This document shows positions 14,615 to 36,854 of a stretch of DNA of 64,000 nucleotides, piece after piece. Under the pieces are notes generated by a model. That model was given only the letters and a program-made list of their open reading frames with translations, was not told where the DNA came from and ran no database searches. The DNA is from Chrysomallon squamiferum (Eukaryota; Animalia; Mollusca). A program made the position numbers and the translations under genes. Position 1 is the stretch's first letter. Each line of letters opens with the position of its first letter. Location: NCBI GenBank assembly GCA_012295275.1, contig CM022670.1, positions 6,944,001-7,008,000 of the forward strand, read 5' to 3'.

Positions 14615-15736
14615 GACACCACTCAAACACACACACATATTCAGCAAGAATATATATACAGAATACTGTGACCACACCTACACATCAGTTCTTTTGAAAT
14701 TTCCATCAACTGCATTGGACAGTGCATCAAAATCCACTGCTCTCACTGATTAGACAATACCACTATTTATTGGTAAGCGGAAAATCTCGATTTCGCTTCC
14801 GACTCCTAACCTGTTTATTTGATACAACGTATCCTGAAAAAAAAAAAAAAAAAAAAACAACAACAAACAAACAACAACAACAAAATAATAAATAAATTAA
14901 TTAAATAAAATAAAATAAAACATAAAAAAAGTCACTGACAGAACAAGCACGTGTAAATGTTTTATATTTCAGACGTAGGTATTAAAATCGAGGCATTATG
15001 AGAAACAAAATAACACGGTATTTATAATAATTTTGTATTCCTAATTTAAAGGTACATTAATTGGGTAGTGACAGATTATATCAAAAATAGTTAACATGTC
15101 TTTTTAAAGTGGACTTAGTCCTCGACTTTAGTGATAGCCAGGAATGTTCTAGTTTACAATATTTACCCCCCACTCCCGGAAAATTCACAAGCGATCGTAA
15201 ACGGAAACAAAAGAAAAAAGAAATAGCTATAAAATGTTTAAAACAATACTTTTTTTTAAGTTACATAATAATCTGTAGGAAATCACTATATAGAGTCTTC
15301 AATAAAATTCATACAAACACACACTTGCAAATGTTTTCGTACACATAGCAACCCGTTACACAAAAACTATGAAAATATAAAATGGCGTAAAATAAACAGA
15401 GCTTAAAGTAAAACGAAGGAAATTTATCGAATTTCATCTCTATTTCAAAACAACATAGAAACCAGTCTACTGCAGAGAATCTCAAACGACAATTGCAGTA
15501 GACAATAGAATCCAAAGACAATCAGTTCATGGATGTAGAATCTGTCTTGAGTGACTGGCTCTGAGAAAGGTACTCAACAACTGTTTAATTAAAGATCTGA
15601 TGGATCATTACGTCCATGATCATTGAGCAGATGCCTCCAGTGACTCAACTGTACTGTCAAACAAAAACTACCAGAGCAGAGGATCCATGTACACATGTAT
15701 ACTTCATATGCTAAATAATGTTTTAATTATTTTTTA

Positions 15737-15786
<50 letters not shown>

Positions 15787-16462
15787 CAGAATTATGCATA
15801 CATATAGATAGTTATATACCACGCGCTTTGTATTGCATCAGGTCTGTCTGTTGTCTAGTCAGTTTGGGTAATTAAGAACTGCATTACTTGATTACTAATA
15901 ATAACATGTTCTTTTAAAGTGGTTGCTTAAATAATCTACTTAAAAACACAGACGGGTAGACATCAATGACATCCATGTATAACGCTTTACTTTTTTCAGT
16001 CTATCCATCTATCTATCTATCTGTTTGCCTATATGTTTGTCTGTCTGACTGTTTATCTGTCTATATCTATTTTTCTGTTTCCATCTTTCCTCTTAGACTG
16101 TAGAACACATTTATTAATGTTAATATATTTTTATTTTTAAATGTTCATTGAACACGTAACATCAAATAAGTTTATTTTAAGTTTTTTTTATGTGTTTTTT
16201 TTTTTTTTTTTTTTTTTTTACTGATTTCAAATACATCTTTATAGTTCTTCGTTTATCTCGATGGTTCCTGAGAGACTGTTGTTACTGTTGTTACTGTTGT
16301 TGTTACCGTTGCTGCTGCTATTGAAGTTCTTGTTTTCCTTAGTTGCCATTTTCCGTTGTGGTTTTTTTTTTTTTTTTTATGTTTTTGATTTTTTCGACCT
16401 CATCTTTATCTTTTTTTATCTGCTTCTTCTTCTTCTTCTGATTATTATTCTTATTCTTATTC

Positions 16463-16520
<58 letters not shown>

Positions 16521-16751
16521 TGTTATTAAGATTATTTTCGTCATTTCTTTTAGAATTTTAATTGTTGTTTTTTTACAGATTGCCTATACAACGCAAAAGA
16601 GAAACATTTTGCAAAGGCCAGCACAGTATTGTTTATGCGTAATACAAGTGACAGATTCACTTCCAAACCTTATCAACGGCGGACTGTGAATAGATCATCA
16701 TTCATTTAAAAGACGTTTTGTAGTATTCTGTGTTCTGAAAACAATCAGAAA

Positions 16752-24225
<7,474 letters not shown>

Positions 24226-24279
24226 CGTATTCTATAACAGCTGGAGAGAACAGACGTATGATTCACTGAAGCGGTTGTA

Positions 24280-24322
<43 letters not shown>

Positions 24323-24738
24323 ATGTGTGTGCCCGTACATTAATGGACAACTTATGCCAAGGTATTCGAACAAGTATCTTCATGTCCATTTGTGATTGCG
24401 TAACCATCTGGTTTACACTTATTTGCACGCTTAAGCCTATCTGTGAATATTTGTCTAAACGTTATGTGTGTGCGTATGTAAATGGGTATAGGTGTTCGTG
24501 TATTCAGTGGTAAGAAAATTATTTTATGTGTCTAACAGAGCTGATATTTTTTTATTGTTTCTCGTATATCCTTGCTTCTGAAAATTCTTAGTAACAATTT
24601 AGTACAAACATCACAAAAACGCTTGATTAGTTGGTTTTTTTTTTACTTTTTACGTTCAGTCAGCTAAACTGTGATAATTAAGTATATTAATGACTACATA
24701 TAAAAAACAACAACAGTAAAAAAAAAAAAAAAAAAAAC

Positions 24739-24789
<51 letters not shown>

Positions 24790-25642
24790 GAAACAAACAA
24801 ACAAATAAATAAATAAATAAATAAATAATCATGGATGATATATATATATATATATATTATTTTTTCTCATTAACTAGCATACCTATAAAACGTGTTAGTA
24901 TACTTTCTGTAAAAACAAAGCTGTTAGAAACGAGCCCTGACTCTTCTAATCGGGGTGATGGACTGTGTCAGATATTGTCACGTGTTTTAATTTATGACTT
25001 TGAATATGGACATCCCTTACGTATGTCGCTTGTACGATATTACATGGTTATACTGGAGATTTTCCAGTTAATGATTGTAATTATTGTTCTCTTTGTAGTT
25101 TTTTCATTTCATTATGTTTTTTTTTTTTTTTTTTTTTTTTTTGGTGATTTTTATTTTTCTTCTTACTCTTCCTCCTCCTCCTCCTCCTCCTCCTCCTCCT
25201 TCTTCTTCTTCTTTTTTTACTTCTTTTAAAGAGGAATATTGTGTGATAAAATAATAATAATAATAATAATAATGATAATAATAATAATAATAATGATGAT
25301 GATGATGATGATAATAATAATAATAATTTGACATCATTCACAAGAACCGACTTAATTGTTCTGAAATAAATACATTTTATTTTCAACCTGTTATTCTGTT
25401 TATTCTGTTTTCATATGCATATGCTTGCTTGGAAATGCGCTTTATACGGTCACTAACTGGATGCTGCAATTACTAATAGTTGGGTTATCCACGGCATCTC
25501 CCTATTTGTTTACAATTTTTTGGATAAAAGTCACAGGTACAAGACAAATGTTACTAATAAAATAAATTTACAAAAACAAATGTACACAAAAAATTTACAC
25601 ACAACAACAACAAAAAAAAATAATAAAAATAAAATAAAATAA

Positions 25643-25702
<60 letters not shown>

Positions 25703-27144
25703 CATAATCATAATCATAAATAAATAAATAAATAGATAGAAAATGAAAAAACGGTATCCTTCATTTACTTCGATTTTTAAAAGCAAATATTTCCTTGGGG
25801 AAATCTTTGTTTATGTGAAATAATCGAAATATGTATATTTCGTTTAAACAAAGCAGCTGATGCACTGACAATACAAATCAATCTTGTTTGTGCAAAACCC
25901 AGTGACTCACAGGAGCAAAATGTCATCTGACCAAAATGAGAAAAATTCCTGCAGGTCGTAAATCCATAAAGATGCGAGAGTATTTGTACAACTGTGAAAT
26001 GCGAAGTACCGCAGTTTTTAAGTCATATAAGTAATTTCTGCTTAAAACCAGACGCCTGTAATTACATTTTATATTTGAATGTCAGAAGGATGAATGAATG
26101 AATGTATTAACGAACGAATAAATGATAAATACTTTTTGATATTTTAATTTCAAATATTATATGAATGATTGTTTTTTTTGTGTTTTTTTTTAATCATCAT
26201 CACTGTAGGTCTTATTCTTCTTGGTTTTTTTCTGGATGGTTTTGTTGATTTTTTTTTTGTTTTGCTCGAATTTTCTTGGGAGATTTGTGAACGATTGCTC
26301 CTGTGTTGTTTTTATTATTATTATTATTGTTGTTGTGGTTGTTTATTTATTTATTTATTTATTTTTCGATTGTTGTTGTTGTTTCTTGTTTGTTTGCTTT
26401 TGTTTGTTTGTTTGTTTGTTTTCTGCATGGTCTGATGTTTCAGCTGGAATCGACTGCAGCTGCATCAAAGGTTTACTCTAACATCTAGCAGCAAGTGGTC
26501 GTTTGCATAACTACATACACGAGTAATCAAATACGTAATTAAATAACTAATCATTTATTTACAATGTTACATGAGAATGCACGTTATTCGATACATGCAT
26601 TTGCTTTTACAGTTTGACTCGTTCGAACCTATTCACCTATTAATTGCATGTTTTTCATTAATTACTTTACAATCAAACAATTTTTTTTATCTGTTTTATT
26701 TTATTTATTTATTTATTTATTATTATTTTTAATTTCTTTCGGATTACATATGAGACATTTACAAACAATCCTCTATTCTATCAGCTGAAATTTCTATAAG
26801 CTGAAAGAAAAATGTATAACTAAATCACCAAATGCGTATTTTTATTGATACTGTTATGACTCTGCACAGCAGGAGGGGGGAACAAAAAAAAAAACAGCAA
26901 CATTAATTTCTTCTTAATAACGGCACTAATCATAAGGGAAAGACTAGCAACGACAGGAACAAACAACAACGACTACAGCTATTCTCGAACATTGGAATTA
27001 CGCCTGACGTAACTGATGAAGCATGGAGAAAAGTCGCAGGGGGTGACAAGTCTGCAAGCTGTGATGAATATTGCTCAAAATCTAATGGCTTTGTCGTGTT
27101 CTTTGGCGGAAGCTGGACAGTGATACATTACTAAGAATAATTAT

Positions 27145-27612
27145 AGTATAGGACAGTATAGTACAGTACAGTACAGTACAGTACAGTACAGTACAGTACA
27201 GTACAGTACAGTACAGTACAGTACAGTACAGTACAGTACAGTACAGTACAGTACAGTACAGTACAGTACAGTACAGTACAGTACAGTACAGTATAGTATT
27301 GTATAGTATAGTACAGTACAGTACAGTACAGTACAGTACAGTACAGTACAATATTGTACAGTATAGTATAGTATAGGACAGTATAGTATAGTATAGTATA
27401 GTATAATATAATATAGTATGGTATGGTATGGTAATATTATAGCATAGTATAGTATTGTATTGTTTAGTATAGTATAGTATAGTATAGTAATATTATAGTA
27501 TAGTATAGTATAGTATAGTGTATTTCATTACATTATATTACACTATATTATATTACATTACACTACACTACACTATACTACATTACATTACACCACATTA
27601 CATTACACATAC
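27145..27612. repeat. Compound pentanucleotide satellite (AGTAC)n/(AGTAT)n followed by (ACATT/ACACT)n
   Basis: Directly visible; the source of the spurious YCTVL ORF. Confidence 0.95.
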
Positions 27613-27980
27613 TATGTTATATTATATTATATTATTATATTTTATTTTATTTTATATTTTACTGTTACTGTTCTTATCGTTATCATTATTGTTACAGTTA
27701 TTGTTGATGTTATATTACTACTGATATTATTGTTGTTACTGTTGCTGTTTCTTTCTTTTTTTGTTGTTGTTGTTCTGTTTTCTTTGTATTTTTGTCATTA
27801 CCATTATTGTTGCTGTTTTTGCTGCTGTTGTTGTTGTTGTTTTGATGTTGTTGTTATTATTATTATTATTATTATTATTGCTGCTGTTGTTGTTGCTGAT
27901 GATGTGCTGCTGTTGTTGGTGTTATTGTTGGTATTGTTATCATAGTTGTTATTATTATGATAGTAACTATTATTACTGTT

Positions 27981-28012
<32 letters not shown>

Positions 28013-28818
28013 ATTTATTTTTATTACATTATTTTACAAAAGCTACAACCAATTATCAACTAACTGGTTTATACAAAAAAAAAAAAAAAAAACATTTACA
28101 TTCACTGATTGAATTAATCGTAAATAGGTTATAGATGCCGAGAAAAGAAAAAGCGATTACAATTACAAAACAAAACGTGTGAGCTGACACATTCAGGCGT
28201 CGTGTGTTCAGACACAAGCACGCACTGATGTGCGATACGTGTGTCAAATATAAATCAGTAGTTTATGACAGGTAGTCAATGAAACACGACGCATCGCTGA
28301 AGTTGTTCCGTAAATGTAGAGTCTCCATTCCGTGACTGTCAGCCGTGAACAAAACATACAATAATCAATAGAAAAATTCAAAAAAAATGTACAAAGATGT
28401 GGACGCCTGTTAATAGATTTGTACCATCAGCTGATACATGATATGGATACATATACATACATACATGCATGGCCATTGCAAAGTTCTTGCGCAGTTTTAA
28501 ATTTTTATCACCTCTGATTCATGCATAATAGAACTGATCTGTACATTTTTATCTGTTAAAAAGGAATAAGTGAAGAATAGTTTTATGAATTGTGTAACGG
28601 AAAATCATCTACAAAATGCATTTCCAGAAGTTGAATATCGTATCACACCATAATGACAGTGGCCATATTGAAAATGAAGAATCTCGACAATAAATATATT
28701 TAAAAATAAAAAATAAAAAATAGTTCTTTTATCCTTTTAACAGATCAGTTCTATCATGCGTAGATCACTGGTTATAAAAATCTAAAACTGAACAATAAAA
28801 ATAATAATGAACCTCTCA

Positions 28819-28891
<73 letters not shown>

Positions 28892-31238
28892 CTCTCTCAG
28901 AACGCAGTTCCGAAAACATATGTGAATAAAGCGAATAATGAATATTTAAAGACGTTAGGACAAAAATATACTCAAACAAAGATACGTTTATGGATGAATT
29001 GATGATCTGTATCATTATCAAATTTCAAAAATCAAAATTGAAAATTATTAATAAGAGCTGTTAATATTTTATCAGTTTCATTGTGTTTGTGTGTGTGTTT
29101 TTTTCTTCGCTTACTCTCTCTTTCTCACACGCATATACAGTACACATTTGTTGTGTTGTTGTTTTTATCCTAACTGTTAACTCCCAACTCATTAAACTCA
29201 TTAATGTGTATGGATTTTTAAACGGGGACTGATTGATTGTTTTTATTATTTAACAAAACAGCGTGACATAAGCTGCAACCAGCGAGCATCACGTTACGTG
29301 TTGCTAATGTGTACGTGAATTTCTTAAACAGTACTGTTGTGTTACTTGTGTATTTGTATATTTTTTTTTTTTTTTATTATTATTACAATTGTTTTTTTGT
29401 TTTTTTATTTATCAATTTTTATGATGCTCAATATTAGATTAGACAAGTGCAAGACATCAATAATTTGTCTTATGTTTCGCATATTGACAAACTGATGTTG
29501 AAAAGAAGTACTTAAAAATATAAATAATTTTGTCTTTGTTGACGTACATTATTGCAGAAGTACTGATAATGATCTAACTCTTCAAAATACAAAATGGGCG
29601 TCAATGTATCGATCTATTGTTCTGTTAATCTCTCTCTCTCTTAACGTATTTAAAAAACATAAACTGGTGTTTTATTTCGCAGTTAAGATGTCGAAATTCA
29701 CTGCTTCATATTAAATTACTATTATTATCTTAGTTTTGAACAAACTACTTTTTAGCTTGCAGCTTGTCAAAGATGTCTCATAAACTCGCATCGTCAATTA
29801 AGAATCGATCTTTCGACATCCAAGTAAAAAGAAAATGTTCCTAATTACGTAAATAAATTGCTAATTATTTCCTATCTTTCTGATCTCTATTTTGTTTTTG
29901 CTTTTGTTAAGTGTTTTTAATTGCTTCCTTCTTTCTGTAGCTGCATTCAATATTTATGTCTCCGTATAGTCCGATATAATTATATACTTTTGGCGTTGAC
30001 TGATTCTGGTGAATGACGATAATAAACATTATTTTCTGTAGATTTATTTTGTTGTAGAAAGTCAAGTATGAGTTGTGAGGTGCATGCCGAAAAAATTAAT
30101 AGCTCAATTAATTAACAAGGTTTTGAACCTTCGAATCATCCGAATACAAATTTGTTTCGATAATGTTAATTATCAGATAATATATTATCTCATAATTAAC
30201 ATTATCGAAACAAATTTCACGCAGACGTTTGTGGCAGGTATGTGTATGCGGTTATATTCAGAAAATAAATATACAAAATTGTTTTAATCACAGACGGATA
30301 TTTTGATATATATTTCAATATTTATTTAGTAAAAAAAGCTACAAGAGACGACGGATTTTATAAATTAAGGTCTTCCACCTTTTTCTTCCAAGCTAGAGAG
30401 AGTTTAGGGCTTTAAACATGTAGTTAATTATATGATGCAAAATAATAACTGCAAATATATTTGCTGGATATATCTTGCTGAAAAATGAATGACTGAATAC
30501 CTGGAATTAGATATTGGTATTTTTATAAAGCGAGAAACAAACTTGTTGTAATGCAGTTCACAGTTTAAATAATTTTTAGTTTCAATCGATTCTTTCTTTC
30601 AAGGCTTTCACGTAATTTTAGCCAAGCTTGCTACACAGATAGGATCTCAGGAATTTCTGTAAATCTGATTTATTCATAACGGTAAGGTTACATTGTTAAC
30701 TTGTAAAAATAACAACAGTAAAAAAAAAAAAAAAAAAAAAAAGTCATTAGAATTATTATTTGCAAATATCATACAACAAAACATTACATTGTCTTATATC
30801 ATTTATACAAAGAATATCCAGATCTCAGCTGAGAATATACATCGTAGAGTAGACCAGTTTCTGATTTGTTAAAATTAGAAACAAAGCAAAAACATCTTTA
30901 GTTTGTTATATTATTATTTATATTACTATTATTCCAGCTATTATTATTATTATTACACTAAGCACAACTACAGACAGAGATATTATACAATTTATTGCTA
31001 GAAGGCAAGAAAATATCATGTGGTTTTTGTCCGGGGAAGCAACATAAATTCGCCATGATGGTTCATACTATAATGGCAACAAAAAAAAAAAATTAAAAAT
31101 TAAAAAATAAAACACGTTCTTTTTTTCTTTTTTTTTCTTTTTCCCCCTCCCCATGCTGAAGATATATCACGATATTTGTAACTCCCAGACAGAAAGAATA
31201 GGTTTGATTTTTCTTTCAGTCCTGCAGACAGGATTGTC

Positions 31239-34064
31239 TTAGTCCAGAATGGCTCGTGTCTTGCCGATGTTCATTCCCGCTTGTGAGGCGCCTTTGTTTG
31301 ATCCGGCTTGCAGTCCAATCACTGATTCGCCCGCTCGTAAAACTGATTCGTCGAAATTTCTAACATTGGGTGCAGATTCTTTAGGTCCTAGTGTGGGTCC
31401 GTCAAAGCCATTCATCCGTGCCTTGAAATTAAATGAAATTATATATTTCAGAATTTTTTTTTTTTTTTTAAATTCTTTTTTTCCAAGAACTAATAAACTG
31501 TTTTTCAAGAAAATCATCGTTTGATGACAGGATGAGGATAGCATTTTGTACTAAAACAGAATTACTTTTATAATAAAGAGGACTGAAATCCTTCAGTTTA
31601 TGACTATGTCTTTATTAAAAATAAAGAACCCAGCTAATTACTCTCTATAGCTCGTACACAAAGATCAGATGAGAAGGAAAAGGGTTTGTTGGGGTTATAC
31701 AGGGTATGTTTCTTTAAATAGAGTAAATACCCCAACTGAAAATAAACTTCAGTATACAAATATAATTACATTTGTAAAGAAACTTTATAATTAAAGACAG
31801 TATTACCACAAAAAAAAGTAAATAAAATAAAAATACTAAATAAATAAATAAATAAATAAGTAAATAAGTAAATAAATAAATAAATAAATAAACAAACAAT
31901 GTATTAAATATCCTTGTGAAATAATACTTTTCATCATAACAAAATTATGAGAAAAAACTCTATTGCTTAAAAAGGTAATCCATCTTAAACAAAACTATCC
32001 AGTAAATTCAGAGACTGTGTGTCTACAGTATACATGTATAAACAGCTCTCTGTCACACACAAAAAAGTAAAAGTTCCAGTAACTTACTCTTCGCCCTAAA
32101 GCTGTGATGGCGGACAGCACCTGAGCCATGTTTTGTTTCTCGTAAAGATCCACAGTTTGGAAGGAGTCTATTTTATTTAAACCGTATTTCTCCGCCGCCT
32201 CTAAAAAACTGCTGATATTCTCCATCAGTAAAAATGGCATTTTCTTTTCGTTAATCTTCTTCACGCTTCCCGGCTTCAACACATTCATAACTCTACAATA
32301 ACAACCAAAGATGAGAGAAAAGTGTGGAATGTGTCAAAACGTATTTAAATTCATGTGTATAGCCGTCTAATATTTTAATCAGTATACGTTAACAGTTAAA
32401 ACAGAAAATTTTTAAAATCGCATATAATTTATTTAAGCTGTTTCAGTTTTTCTAATTTCTGTAAACGAAAAATTAACTCAGAATTTAAATTGTAAAGTAA
32501 TCGAACATACATTAAGCTAATGTATGAATGTACTATAAAGGCAGATTCGAATTTAGTCATAATCTAAAGAAATGTATACCATATTAACATCAACATTTTC
32601 TAATATCATATCAAATGCATTAAGTAAACAGCTATATTATTAGTTAAACTGGATAATATCTTTAAATGTATTTATACATTATCTCACGTTACCTTCATTT
32701 TGCTTGAAACCACACTACACAATAGCATGAAAACTAACATGTTTTAGAAACCAAGTAAAAAGCATATACATACTTGCACAAAATTACTCCATCTTTTAAA
32801 ATTGCATGGAACTTGTCCATACCAAGAGGTTTATCAGGATCTTCTCCCTGAAAAGATACATGTAATATAATTATGAAAGAAACACGAAGGATTTGTACAT
32901 CGTGAACAGGAGGAGTTACTTCCCTTACACTTAAAGCAACAAAATAGTTTTAACTTTTCGAAAGAGTAATAATAATGACGTTGGTAACTTTATTTAATTA
33001 AATTCTGTATACCCATAAAATTAATTAATGAAATATATAATGAGGCAAATAGCATGCAACAAATGTACGTGCATGCAAATAAATAAATATCAAAAAAGAC
33101 ATGCAGGACGAAATTAAACACAGATAACAATTGTATAAAGAGACTTTTATGTTCTGTAAAGATTTTAATTGTTGATTTATTTATTTGTGGTGATGGTTTT
33201 GCGAAGTTTTTGAGATTTTGTAACAGTTAATGTTGTTTTTGCTGATACTGTTATTTTAATTTTTGTATTTGATACTGTAACTCTTGCAGTGTTTTTTTTG
33301 TTTTTTTTGTTTGAACATGAATCTTTATAATCTTACTGGAGCTATTGATGTGTTTAGTAAAGATTCTATCCATCTTCTGGCGTCTATTTCGAGGTTTTCG
33401 TCATACTTCCCTCGCATCTGTCAAAATAAATACATCACATAAAATACACGTACCAAAAACAGTAGTATCAAAACGACTTAATTAAAATTAAATATGTCAT
33501 TCTGATTTAACTGAGCTAACCAGTAGTTGCTATTGTTACTGTTCAGTAGCAGTTACTGTGAAAATCTTTGCACTGACAGAATGTTCACAGAATGAACTGT
33601 CAGATATTGGTAATATGGAAATATCTGCAACTGGCTTCCGTAACAGTGCTTATCTAAAGTTAAGAGTATTACTCTCTGTGGTTAAATAGCATCATGTAAT
33701 CCAGCAAGCAGATAATATTGATCAAACTAAATCTTGATATGTTATATCACAGTAATTGTCTGATCTACAAAGGTCTTACTAACAAATTAAACAGCTTCAA
33801 GTTTAACCGTGTTTTGTCTTATTCTGTTACTACTATTCAAATAAGTAAAATACTACAACCAATAGTAAATATTTTTCGGACCCTGAATCTACTTCTCAGC
33901 ATTTTAGTTCAGTCTTTTAGTTCGACAGTTTTCTTGGAGTCTACGTAATCAGTCCGTGACGATTATATGTTGTGGTGTTTTGTTACTGAGGATTAAAATC
34001 TCAAGTTTCTTACCTTATTTTTTAACTCCGCCGTCAAGCCATAACCCCGAGGCCTGTTAGCCAT
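31239..34064 (-). CDS. Calponin/transgelin family protein (myophilin / muscle protein 20-like, 197 aa): CH domain plus one calponin repeat. Exons 34014-34064, 33337-33417, 32774-32847, 32088-32292, 31239-31421
   Basis: Spliced translation MANRPRGYGLTAELKNK|MRGKYDENLEIDARRWIE…|…LKDGVILCK|VMNVLKPGSVKKIN…MENISSFLEAAEKYG…FQTVDLYEKQNMAQV…ALGRR|…LGPKES…IGLQAGSNKGASQAGMNIGKTRAILD*. Introns are GT-AG with consistent phases; total 594 nt. Confidence 0.95.
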
Positions 34065-34347
34065 CCCCTCACTGAAAAACGAGAAGAAAACATGTACATA
34101 TACGTGTTTACATTAGACACGTAGACATAACCCTTCTTACTGAACAAAAGAGCGAACACAGAGATGTCAGTGTTACTTCCTATAGGAACACGAATACATG
34201 CATATAATAATTATTGCTCACATTTGACGTATAGCACAATTTTAAATCTGCAGTGAATATTTCTATAAGGTTCTAATAAGTCTATATATTCGCTCTCTAT
34301 CTGGTTCTGTGCTTCCCTGTCTGAATTTTTCTTTCATTGTATATTGT

Positions 34348-34495
<148 letters not shown>

Positions 34496-34899
34496 AGGTG
34501 TGTGTGTGTGTGCGTGAACTACTCCACTGCAATACAACAATCATTTACACCAAAATAGAATTAGTAAAATATGGAAACATTCAGTCTAGATTGAAATAAC
34601 TAAACCCTGTACATGAGTCATTTTTACTAAATCTTCTTGTTTGTCAGAGTCCGTTGAATGTCGCAAAAAAGATTTGTGATATTTATCTACACTGGTCAGT
34701 AAATTCTGCGTCTTGTCGTCAAACTAATACTTGTGACCTTTGACCTTAAGAGCTGCTGTACTTATCTTGCTAATCCTTAAGTGTTTTGGTTTCTTACTTT
34801 CTTACGTAAGAAAACTGAATTATCTGTGAAAACAGTAAGCGTTAGTCAAGGATGGTTAACAATAATGTACGTAGATAAATTAATTAAACCAGATGTCTT

Positions 34900-35290
<391 letters not shown>

Positions 35291-36760
35291 CCCACGCTGT
35301 CTCATTTCACTCTCTCCACCCTCCATCCATCTCTTTCCCTGTCTCTGACTAGATTTATCAAGCTGCATTCCACGGCTATACATCTGAAACAAGTACAATG
35401 GAGAAGCGTTGTCCTCTGGAGTGTGTCAGTTCAAGTAAGTTATGTACTTAGAGCAAGCACGGGTCGCCACCTCTGGTGACGACAACAACACTCAGAGAAG
35501 CACTCAACCATCAGGCGAGTAAGATAACCTGGAGAAAGACAACATCTTCAACGCCGCAGTTGTTTAAACAAGGTTATGTCAATGTTGCCAGACGTCAGCA
35601 CCTTATTGACAACAATGTTGATAGTTCTGAGACGTCAGTGAAGACGTTGTGTGTCGCCAACGAAAACAGTGCTTAACGAAGCTGTGAGAGTGTTGCATTT
35701 ACAGCTCAGTTAATATGTATAAAGTACCTTTTGTTACTACCCTGGTGTACAAATTGATTAATGCTGGGTAAACAATACCTCAACAGAATTATATAAAGGT
35801 TACGTGAATGTTTCTTCTTGTTGCTGTTATCTGTAGTTGTGATTTCAGAGAGAGAAAAAAAAAAACTCTACTGTCACTTCACATGATACTCGTTTAAATA
35901 ACAGACAAATGTTGATTTTTACATCGTAATTTTTTTTTTTTTTTTAAAAGAAGACGCCTATTTTGTTGAATATTCTCTTTTAGCTAAGACAGTAAGTCAA
36001 AAACGCCATTAACGATTTTTGCACAGTCTAATTCAGTTTGTGTTGTTGCTGTTGTCTGTGTAGAAACATTCCAAAAAACAATAAAAATATTAATACTACA
36101 CGGTCTACACGGGCTATAACTCAGATTAACAAAATTCACACGTCTAGAGTGAGACTTGTGTGTAGCCGCAGGCGGCGGTTTTACTGTGGAGTCGGCTATT
36201 AACGCAATTCAGCCTCTCGTTTCGTGGCCATCAGATTGAATTATTAATGTCTGACAATATTTATTATTCTAAAATAAAAATGTTTTTTGTCACATAAATC
36301 AGGCTCCACCAAAAACAGCTCAGGGTTCTCTCGATTAATTCGTAATTTCGTGTATGCGTGCTGTGTGTGTAACTGTGTGTATTTTTGTGTGTTGTATGTG
36401 TATGTGTTTGTCTGTGTCGTATATGTATATACGTGTGTGTCTATCGTGTGTGTAGAATATGTAGCAATCGTATGTTTGGAACGTAATGACCTTGAATAAT
36501 AAAACATTCTGAGGTAGTGTTAATTCATTCTGTTGTTGCTGCATAGATTAACAAGTTAGCTTTGCTCAGAATGTGTTCTTGTTTTTATATTCTAATTTTC
36601 ATTTTAATAGTTCTTATATAAAAAAATCTTCAACAGTTATTTTTGTAATATCAACAAAGTTCTTTGTTATGCACTTTGCAAATGACAGTTCAACAACAAC
36701 AAAAAAAAAAGATTTGGAACGTATGTACGAAAATCGTCTACAATTACGAGACATTCAGTG

Positions 36761-36792
<32 letters not shown>

Positions 36793-36809
36793 AAAAAAAA
36801 ATGACTTAC

Positions 36810-36854
36810 TGCTAGTTTCAGAATTGACCAGGACAGACCTGTTTTCACTTTATA
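36810..36854 (-). promoter_or_regulatory. Probable core promoter and very short non-coding first exon of the calponin gene
   Basis: Minus-strand TATAAA at 36854-36849 and Inr-like TCAATT with the A at 36825 (about 29 nt downstream), then a GTAAGT donor at 36809. The ATG-bearing exon begins at an acceptor (CAG|, 34071), so an upstream exon is required. Confidence 0.55.

Noticed and set aside
35455-35680. 66-aa ORF and CTCF-like CGCCACCTCTGG in the first calponin intron
   Set aside because: The ORF lacks an ATG start and any homology I recognise, and the motif spacing deviates from the CTCF consensus.
36510-36530. TGAGGTAGT, the 5' end of let-7 (likewise miR-279-like TGACTAGAT at ~35346 and miR-33-like GTGCATTGTA at ~62492)
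   Set aside because: Only 9-10 nt match, the rest of the mature sequence is absent, and I saw no precursor hairpin.
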